A stretch of 59,060 nucleotides of DNA from an uncultured Lachnospiraceae bacterium (GTDB lineage: Bacteria; Bacillota; Clostridia; TANB77; CAG-508), in the NCBI GenBank assembly GCA_946637865.1, contig CAMPBM010000001.1:1-59060 (forward strand), in the 5' to 3' direction. A program made the position numbers and the translations under genes. The notes under the pieces are model-generated. The model was not told the DNA's origin. It ran no database searches and saw nothing but the letters and a program-made list of their open reading frames with translations. This document shows, piece after piece, positions 31,162-38,233 of the stretch. Within the stretch, counting starts at the first letter, position 1; each line of letters opens with the position of its first letter.

Positions 31162-31499
31162 TTGCAGTTAGTTAACCATAATACTTTCAGGTGTCAGCAT
31201 TGCTTCGTTTAGGGAAATATTTCCAATTCCTTCGGAGAATAAAATATTAAAAATAAAAATTTTTGAAAATATTAACGTAGGATTCTTACAGTTCCTTAGC
31301 AGTAACACCACTTGAGGGTGCGCAAGCTGCCCTCTGCGGAGAGGCTCAAGGGTGTAACGCTTAGGAACTGTTGAATCCGAAGATTACATTTTCAAAAATT
31401 TTTATTTTTAATATTTTATTCTCTCGGCAACCACTCCCCAAAATTTCCCCAAACGTAGCAATACTGACGCCTGAAAGTATTATGGTTAACTAACTGCAA
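31162..31499. repeat. 338-nt imperfect palindrome (family C), arms of about 150 nt around a ~40-nt GC-rich centre
   Basis: TTGCAGTTAGTTAACCATAATACTTTCAGG at 31162 is mirrored exactly at 31470-31499. The internal block ATTAAAAATAAAAATTTTTGAAAAT is also mirrored. Centre is GAGGGTGCGCAAGCTGCCCTCTGCGGAGAGGCTCAAGGG. Confidence 0.85.
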
Positions 31500-31512
31500 A
31501 GTAATCTGTATG

Positions 31513-31565
31513 GCAACGTTGCATTATTTACATAATTTAAATTATGCAATAATACTTTAATTTTG
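31513..31565 (+). repeat. Direct repeat a, flanking the recombinase segment (contains the palindrome GCAACGTTGC)
   Basis: GCAACGTTGCATTATTTACATAAT...AATAATACTTTAATTTTG resembles 32700-32762. Confidence 0.6.
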
Positions 31566-31786
31566 ATTAGTCATTCTCCGATAAAAATTTTTCAAAATCC
31601 TCTATTGTTAATTCCTCTAAATTTTCATATTTTTCCTTTGTATAGTCACCCTTTCCATCACTATACATCTGTATAAATTTTATCATACCCTCAATACCTA
31701 ATTTATCTTTTAATGCCTTAAGACCTTTTCTTCTTATTAGTTTTATTGTAATAAATGACCTTAGCTTACGCCAAGGTCATTTATTA

Positions 31787-32662
31787 TTAAATATTATTCA
31801 GTTTTTCTACCTCCAATTCTGGATCAATTTTTTCTTTTGCTAGTGCCATATACTTGACAATACCACTATATTCAATTCCCATTATATCAGCCAGTACAAA
31901 TGAATTTATGCCATTAGCTAACGCATTAACAGCAACGTAATCTCTAATATTACTATACGTTATTGACGGAATATCTAGCTTTTTACATATTGCATGAAGT
32001 CTATAATTTGCCGTCCTTGGTTCTACTGGAGTATTTGACCCTGAGGCCACATATCTCTCCACTTGCATGCTTTTGGCTAGTAAGATTCTCAAGAGCTTAG
32101 TCGGTATAGGAATGTCCCTCGGTGTAATATTTATTTCTTCTAAAACCGTTTTTGACTCATTGCCTTCATATGCACTTATTCTCTTCAAATTTCTTCTGAC
32201 TTTGATAACACCCTTTATCAAATCAACGTCAGACCATTTTAGAGCGCATAACTCGCTAATTTTAAGACCTGTGTACATTACACAAATTATTCCTAAATTA
32301 TTAGGAGTAATATCCTTTAGAACATAATCCTTTAGAACTTCAAACTGTTCTTTTGAAACCAGTTTGATATTTTCTTTCTTCTTTGGAATAATCTTTTCTT
32401 CATATCCGTTTTCGTTGAATTCCAGAACCCTTCCAACCAGTTGCATTATGCTACTTTTGGTTCTTTCTTTGTTCTTCCGTTGGCTGTTTTCTGTTAACTC
32501 TAATATAAGTTGAGTATCTTTTACATCAAACTCTCCTATTATAGGGTTTATTGATTTTAAACGATTTTCATACGTACTATATGACGCATGAGATACTCGC
32601 TCCTTTTGGTATTCTAGCCATTCCTGGGCTACCTCTCTGAATGTCCGTTTCTCTTTACTCAT
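31787..32662 (-). CDS. Tyrosine recombinase / phage-integrase family protein
   Basis: 291 aa. SAM-like N-domain. Box I-like TGLKISELCALKWSDVD and C-terminal NIRDY...GIVKY segments. Confidence 0.75.
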   Translation of the reverse strand: MSKEKRTFREVAQEWLEYQKERVSHASYSTYENRLKSINPIIGEFDVKDTQLILELTENSQRKNKERTKSSIMQLVGRVLEFNENGYEEKIIPKKKENIKLVSKEQFEVLKDYVLKDITPNNLGIICVMYTGLKISELCALKWSDVDLIKGVIKVRRNLKRISAYEGNESKTVLEEINITPRDIPIPTKLLRILLAKSMQVERYVASGSNTPVEPRTANYRLHAICKKLDIPSITYSNIRDYVAVNALANGINSFVLADIMGIEYSGIVKYMALAKEKIDPELEVEKLNNI

Positions 32663-32699
32663 AAAAGATCTCTCCTTTTTTATTTACAATATTGCAATT

Positions 32700-32762
32700 G
32701 CAACATTGCATTAATTTGTATTGTTTACATAATATGTATTATACACTAATACTTTAATTTCG
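32700..32762 (+). repeat. Direct repeat b, flanking the recombinase segment
   Basis: GCAACATTGCATTAATTTGTATTGTTTACATAATATGTATTATACACTAATACTTTAATTTCG, preceded by the palindrome TTGCAATTGCAA. Confidence 0.6.
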
Positions 32763-32813
32763 TCAAGTTTTTATAAGTGTTTTGGCTCTTCTTGCGTGGA
32801 TAGTTTGTAATTA

Positions 32814-34082
32814 CTACCCTCGATTATTTATTTTAATAGCCGTCTCATCTTCAACATAATACTTAGTCCCCAACATCTTATCTGGCAAATACTGTTGCTC
32901 CACATAATGCCCAGGAAAATCATGAGGATACTTATACCCAACCCCATAACCTTCTTTCTCCATACCGTCAGCAACAGCATTTCTAATATGCATTGGAATT
33001 TCGCCTGTATCTTTATTTGCAACATCATCCATCGCCCTATTTATTCCCAAATACGATGCATTAGACTTAGGAGATTTTGCATTATAAACAGCCGCTTCTG
33101 CCAAAATAATTCTAGCTTCCGGCATTCCAACCATATGCACTGCCTGCATTGCAGAATTTGCAACAACTAAGGCATTAGGATTTGCCATACCCACATCTTC
33201 TGCTGCAGAAATAACAATCCTTCTAGCTAGAAACATTGGATCCTCGCCCCCATTTAAAGCCCTTGCTAAGTAGAATAAGGCCGCATCTGCATCACTACCA
33301 CGCATAGACTTTATAAATGCACTTATATTATCATAATGACTATCTCCATTTTTATCAAAAATAGCCTTTCTACTCTGGACACTATCAGCAGCAATTTCAT
33401 TAGTAATATGAATGCATCCATCTGAATCCATTTCTGTAGTAAGTACTGCTACTTCTAATCCATTTAAAGCAGTTCTTACATCCCCATTTGATACTTCTGC
33501 AATTTTCATTAACGTATCGTCTTCAATTTTTATATTATAATCTCCTAAACCTCTTTTATCTGTAATAGATTTCTTTAATACTTTATATATATCATCCTTG
33601 GTTAACGGCTGTAACTTAAAAACCATCGACCTTGAAATTAAAGCTTTATTAACTTCAAAATAAGGATTTTCTGTTGTTGCACCTATCAATATTATGGTGC
33701 CGTTTTCTACATATGGTAACAAAGCATCCTGCTGAAGTTTGTTGAATCTATGAATCTCATCTATAAATAAAATGCATTTTCCACTTGGGTTAAGCATTAT
33801 ATTTTGTGCCTCTTCTATTGCAGATTTAATATCAGATACCCCAGCAGTAACGGCATTTATTTTTCTAAACTTATACTTTGTGGTATTGCTAATTACTTTT
33901 GCAAGTGATGTTTTTCCACAGCCAGGAGGTCCCCATAGTATTATACTTGATAACCTATCCGCTTTTATGGTTCTATATAAGATTTTATCCTTAGCTAAAA
34001 TATGTTCTTGTCCTACGTAGTCTTCTAAGCATTGTGGTTTCATTCGAAATGCTAGAGGTTCATTATTATTCATTATTATCAC
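32814..34082 (-). CDS. rarA: Replication-associated recombination protein A (MgsA/RarA AAA+ ATPase)
   Basis: GPPGCGKTS Walker A, FIDEIHRFNK, and a C-terminal MgsA domain (SDADAALFYLARAL). Confidence 0.9.
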   Translation of the reverse strand: MIIMNNNEPLAFRMKPQCLEDYVGQEHILAKDKILYRTIKADRLSSIILWGPPGCGKTSLAKVISNTTKYKFRKINAVTAGVSDIKSAIEEAQNIMLNPSGKCILFIDEIHRFNKLQQDALLPYVENGTIILIGATTENPYFEVNKALISRSMVFKLQPLTKDDIYKVLKKSITDKRGLGDYNIKIEDDTLMKIAEVSNGDVRTALNGLEVAVLTTEMDSDGCIHITNEIAADSVQSRKAIFDKNGDSHYDNISAFIKSMRGSDADAALFYLARALNGGEDPMFLARRIVISAAEDVGMANPNALVVANSAMQAVHMVGMPEARIILAEAAVYNAKSPKSNASYLGINRAMDDVANKDTGEIPMHIRNAVADGMEKEGYGVGYKYPHDFPGHYVEQQYLPDKMLGTKYYVEDETAIKINNRG

Positions 34083-34099
34083 CTATGTTCCTTTCTTTT

Positions 34100-34180
34100 A
34101 ATTGGGGACGGAGATTTTTTTAAATTTTTGAAATTGGGGACAGAGATTCTTTTAATTTTTGGAAATCTGTTTCCCATTTC
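34100..34180. repeat. D-type GGGGACGG units (two direct, one degenerate inverted)
   Basis: AATTGGGGACGGAGAT, GAAATTGGGGACAGAGAT, GGAAATCTGTTTCCCATTTC. Confidence 0.7.
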
Positions 34181-34193
34181 ATGGAGTACGCTG

Positions 34194-34467
34194 GTTACAG
34201 GTCAGCCATTATTGTTGAGTAGTCCAATATAAGAATTATGTAAGAGCTAGCAATATATTAACAACGTAGTACAAAGCGCGCAGTTTGGTACGTTTAATCA
34301 AATGGATAAAAGGATTACACCATCACTAAAATCCTTCTCACACTTCAAAATCCTTTTATCTTTTGATTAAACCGACCAGCAAGCTTACGGAGTGTTAATA
34401 TATTGTAAGCGATTACATAATTCTTATATTGGACGGCTTATTGCAAAAGCCCATGCTGACCTGTAAC
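34194..34467 (+). mobile_element. 274-nt hairpin MITE, family A (GTTACAGGTCAGC...GCTGACCTGTAAC)
   Basis: 13-bp perfect termini, long imperfect arms, conserved core and an inner hairpin. 8-bp duplication GTACGCTG at 34186-34193 and 34468-34475. Confidence 0.9.
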
Positions 34468-34574
34468 GTACGCTGATCTCAGCTACAAGTGGTATTATTT
34501 TTCTATTATATGAATTAGTCCAGTACAATATTGGTTGTACTGGACATTTTGCTATCTGTTGGGAATTATAACGA

Positions 34575-35180
34575 CTATTTTGATAAATATAAAAGTCCCT
34601 TCTTTATTATATCCTCTACACTTAATTCTGCCTTATCAAATTGTTCAAATACCTTTTGAATTTCTTTTCTACCATAACCCAATACTTGTAATGCAGACAT
34701 TGCTTCTGAAACTTTTTCTCCATCTGATTCTTTCTTTTGCAACATGGCTTCCAAATCACTTTTATCTGTGTCTTCTATAGCTTTAAGTTTATCTTTCAAT
34801 TCCAAGATAATTCTTTGAGCCGTTTTTGGTCCAATTCCAGGCAGTTTTTTTAGTTTATCTACATCATCCGTAATAACGGCAAGAGCGAAACTCGAAGGTG
34901 TTATATTGGATAAAATCACAATAGCCGATTTAGCCCCAACACCGCTTACTGACAATAATAATTCAAACATTCGTAATTCTTCATTTGTATTAAATCCATA
35001 TAAACTCATATCATCTTCTCTTACCCTAAGATACGTATGAATTTTTACTTTAGACCCTACTTCATCTAATTTATCTATTGCAGTTTGTGACATAAATATT
35101 TTATAACCTATTCCAGCTGTTTCTATAACAACATAATCTGCTGTTTTTATTTCTAACGTTCCTTTTATGTATGCATACAT
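34575..35180 (-). CDS. ruvA: Holliday junction DNA helicase subunit RuvA
   Basis: MYAYIKGTL start, helix-hairpin-helix motifs LLSVSGVGAKSA and LPGIGPKTAQRI. Confidence 0.92.
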   Translation of the reverse strand: MYAYIKGTLEIKTADYVVIETAGIGYKIFMSQTAIDKLDEVGSKVKIHTYLRVREDDMSLYGFNTNEELRMFELLLSVSGVGAKSAIVILSNITPSSFALAVITDDVDKLKKLPGIGPKTAQRIILELKDKLKAIEDTDKSDLEAMLQKKESDGEKVSEAMSALQVLGYGRKEIQKVFEQFDKAELSVEDIIKKGLLYLSK

Positions 35181-35261
35181 TCTTATTTACCATTCCTTTC
35201 TCGAAAGGCACAAAATCTGATTAAGTCTTTTATCCTCTTATTTTGTTTACCTAAAAATTAT

Positions 35262-36926
35262 CTATACTCTTTGTTTATATTTTATAGTATTACCTTTACC
35301 TCTACGATTTTCTTTTATTGGTTCTATATTTTTATATAAAGTAGCTGCAACCAAAGACGTTAATGGTATTGTTGTTAAAATACCTATACTTCCTACTATA
35401 GCCTGCAATATCTCAACAGCAACCATCTCACGATTAAGCGTAAACATAAGTGTATCCTCGCTTACAGACAACATTAAAACTGTTGCAAGTGAACTACCTA
35501 TATATGCTAATATAAGGGTATTAGTCATAGTTCCCATAATATCTCTTCCTATATTTAAGCCCGATTTCATTATAGTTTTAAAATCTGGTCTATCCACCTT
35601 ACTTGCGACCTCATACAACGATGATGCTATATCTATAGAAACATCCATTATTGCCCCTAGCGCACCTAGTAGTATTCCAGCAAATATAAGTGCCTTAACA
35701 TTTATTGCAGAATTAAATATTGGTAAATATACGGCATCATCAATTTGACCTGTTAATTTTAAAACATTATTTAGTATTAATGTTAGCAAACCTGCCACTA
35801 GAACTCCACCTATACATCCTAATGCTGTAGCCATTGATTTTTTATTGTTTCCATATACTAACAGTATTGTATTAAATGTTGTAAATATGCACGTAATTAT
35901 AGTCCATACGTATATGTTTCTTCCTCCAAGTATGGCAGGAACAAATACGACAAAAATTGCTAATAGTGTAAATATTAGAGATACTAATGTTTTTGCACCT
36001 TTTATTCTTCCGAATACTATTATTAGTAGCATAAATAATATAGCAAGCCATATTAATGTTGAAGTTCTTGCATATTCTACGAAATATGCATCTACCCCTT
36101 GTCCTCCAGTTGTCTTTCCACTTGCGCTAGATTGTTGTTGTTCTGCTTTACTCTTACCAATAAAAGCATATTGTTCTTGACTAACAGCCTCTTGGTTTTC
36201 TTGTTGAACAGCATCTGTACTATTGGAATTTTCGCCTTCTGAATTAGTGTTTCCTGGAATCCCAACTATTCCATTATTTGATGATACTATCTTTCCTAGT
36301 TGTATTGTATCACCAACTTTCAATTCTTCTGACACACCATTTTCTGTAGTTTCAAAACTTTGTGAAGATGTTATCACCTTTCCATTTTCTTCTCCTGATG
36401 TAATTTTTGCTTCAAAAGTAACAGTAGTAATGTTAACTGTATCGATTACTTCATTCTTTTTATCTACAATTTTTGTAACTTCAGCATTTGCTGTAGATTG
36501 AAATGCACTTTGCACTACATTTGAACTTTCTTGTTGCATTGAACCTTCCTGTTGCACTACATGTTGATCAGCAAATTCTCCCCTATATTTATCTCCTAAA
36601 TACACCTTATCTCCAGGTTTTACTTCCAATGGATTTCCAGACTCGAAGGTTGAGAAATTTTGATTTGCAATTACTAAATTATTCTTATGCTCACCTGATA
36701 GTATTTGCGCCTCAAATGTTATATAAGTTGTATAATCACTATGGTCATCACTTATTTTTACTGGTACTTCTCTTCTTTCTAAAATTCTAGTTACCTTTGC
36801 TTTGGTATAATTATTTTTACTTATTACTGATGAAAAAGGGTTGTCCTTCATTACTATTCTATTTCCTATAAAAATATATAAAATTGAAACTATAAGAACT
36901 CCTATAAATACTACATTTTTTTTCAT
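35262..36926 (-). CDS. YibE/F-family polytopic membrane protein with a duplicated extracytoplasmic N-domain
   Basis: N-terminal TM, two similar ~100-aa beta-rich segments, C-terminal multi-TM region with GAIMDVSIDIASS. Confidence 0.65.
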   Translation of the reverse strand: MKKNVVFIGVLIVSILYIFIGNRIVMKDNPFSSVISKNNYTKAKVTRILERREVPVKISDDHSDYTTYITFEAQILSGEHKNNLVIANQNFSTFESGNPLEVKPGDKVYLGDKYRGEFADQHVVQQEGSMQQESSNVVQSAFQSTANAEVTKIVDKKNEVIDTVNITTVTFEAKITSGEENGKVITSSQSFETTENGVSEELKVGDTIQLGKIVSSNNGIVGIPGNTNSEGENSNSTDAVQQENQEAVSQEQYAFIGKSKAEQQQSSASGKTTGGQGVDAYFVEYARTSTLIWLAILFMLLIIVFGRIKGAKTLVSLIFTLLAIFVVFVPAILGGRNIYVWTIITCIFTTFNTILLVYGNNKKSMATALGCIGGVLVAGLLTLILNNVLKLTGQIDDAVYLPIFNSAINVKALIFAGILLGALGAIMDVSIDIASSLYEVASKVDRPDFKTIMKSGLNIGRDIMGTMTNTLILAYIGSSLATVLMLSVSEDTLMFTLNREMVAVEILQAIVGSIGILTTIPLTSLVAATLYKNIEPIKENRRGKGNTIKYKQRV

Positions 36927-37031
36927 AAAAACTCCTCTCCTTACTTTTTTATAACTCCATTCTATGATAACACAAATTGAATTTTTTTTGTATAAATTTT
37001 GAAAAAAAAGTTACAATATTATTAAAAAATA

Positions 37032-37094
37032 GTTACAGGTCAGCCTTGAAACAAATCAAGACCGTCCCCAAATGTTTCAAGGCTGACCTGTAAC
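37032..37094. mobile_element. 63-nt mini-element: family A termini enclosing one D-type unit
   Basis: GTTACAGGTCAGCC-TTGAAACAAATCAAGACCGTCCCCAAATGTTTCAA-GGCTGACCTGTAAC. 8-bp duplication AAAAAATA at 37024-37031 and 37095-37102. Confidence 0.85.
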
Positions 37095-37126
37095 AAAAAA
37101 TACAAATTGAAAGGAATGTTATATGT

Positions 37127-37342
37127 ATGGATATTGAAAAACATTTGTTAATAACAGGAAGCTCTGAAGTTTCTTGGAAAGATGCTATAACTACTGCTAT
37201 CAGTGAAGCCTCAAAATCAATTGATTATTTGTCAAGCGTAAAAGTTTTATCTCAATATGCTGAAATTAGTGGTAATAAAATTTCAAAATATTATGTTGAT
37301 ATAGATATTTCTTTTTCTATTGATACAAATAGAAATACTTAG
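37127..37342 (+). CDS. Dodecin-family small flavin-binding protein
   Basis: 71 aa. ITGSSEVSWKDAITTAISEASKS...YYVDIDISF matches the dodecin pattern as I recall it. Confidence 0.65.
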   Translation: MDIEKHLLITGSSEVSWKDAITTAISEASKSIDYLSSVKVLSQYAEISGNKISKYYVDIDISFSIDTNRNT

Positions 37343-37378
37343 GTTACCTAAAATAGATTTATTTTTGTAGATTTTAAA

Positions 37379-37843
37379 ATGAAAGGATTGATTAAATACA
37401 TGAAACCTATTGAAACAAAACAAGAATATAGTAATTATGTGGATAAGAAATCACCTAATTCTCCTATTATAAAGAATTGCTTTAATGCCTTTTGGGTTGG
37501 TGGATTAATTTGTTCTATTGGACAGATTATAATGGATTTTTGTATATATAAAGGATTAGATCAAACTTCAGCTTCTACAGTTGTTTCCATCGTGTTAATT
37601 GGTATTTCTGCTTTGTTAACTGGATTGAATATATTTAATAGAATAGGAAAGTTTGCAGGTGCTGGCTCATTAGTTCCTATTACAGGATTTGCAAATTCTA
37701 TTGTTTCTCCCGCTATTGAGTATAAATCTGAAGGGTATATTATGGGCGTTGGTGGAAAAATGTTTACTGTTGCAGGACCCGTACTCGTGTTTGGAATTTG
37801 TTCTTCGGTGTTGATTGGAATTATTGCAGCTTTGGTAATGTGA
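37379..37843 (+). CDS. spoVAC: Stage V sporulation protein AC
   Basis: 154 aa, four TM segments, GAGSLVPITGFANSIVSPAIEYKSEGYIMGVG. Confidence 0.85.
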   Translation: MKGLIKYMKPIETKQEYSNYVDKKSPNSPIIKNCFNAFWVGGLICSIGQIIMDFCIYKGLDQTSASTVVSIVLIGISALLTGLNIFNRIGKFAGAGSLVPITGFANSIVSPAIEYKSEGYIMGVGGKMFTVAGPVLVFGICSSVLIGIIAALVM

Positions 37844-37857
37844 GACAAGGGGAAAAA

Positions 37858-37903
37858 GTTCCAACAGTATTACTTTGGTAAATACTGTTGGAACTTTCTC
37901 TTT
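37858..37903 (+). terminator. Intrinsic terminator after spoVAC
   Basis: AGTTCCAACAGTATT...AATACTGTTGGAACT followed by TTCTCTTT. Confidence 0.65.
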
Positions 37904-38192
37904 ATATATTGGAAACTCTCTTAAATACCAATATATATTCGTTTTTGCCATGGCAAATATTAATTAGCTCAAGGCCGAACGGATTTTCTTTTCCGAGTAC
38001 ATACAATTCTTTTGGAGCTATCACATGGTGCAATACTACATATTCTACACCAATGCAACCAAATTTTTCTCCCTTAGCTATCCTAAAGTCCCGGTTGAAC
38101 CTGGTTATTAGTGATTTTTCTTTCGGTGACTTTGCATAGATTCTTTTTTTCTCGAGGAAAACTTTAATTTCCGCATTAACCATAATGGACAC
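37902..38192 (-). CDS. Hypothetical protein (96 aa)
   Basis: ORF only. Confidence 0.3.
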   Translation of the reverse strand: MSIMVNAEIKVFLEKKRIYAKSPKEKSLITRFNRDFRIAKGEKFGCIGVEYVVLHHVIAPKELYVLGKENPFGLELINICHGKNEYILVFKRVSNI

Positions 38193-38233
38193 TCCTTTTC
38201 GTTGAAAGTAGTAATATTATAACATTTTTATTT

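Noticed and set aside
31570-31690. Short minus-strand ORF ...GIEGMIKFIQMYSDGKGDYTKEKYENLEELTIEDFEKFLSEND downstream of the recombinase, possibly an antitoxin-like gene
   Set aside because: The open frame has no ATG, GTG or RBS before the internal Met and begins right after a stop. I only half-remember the GDYT motif from small accessory proteins and cannot name the family. I mention it only as a probable gene remnant.
35262-36926. Possible riboswitch or leader upstream of the YibE/F gene (36927-37031)
   Set aside because: The region is AT-rich with no conserved structured motif I can recognise. The only structured piece is the 63-nt mini-element, which is reported separately.
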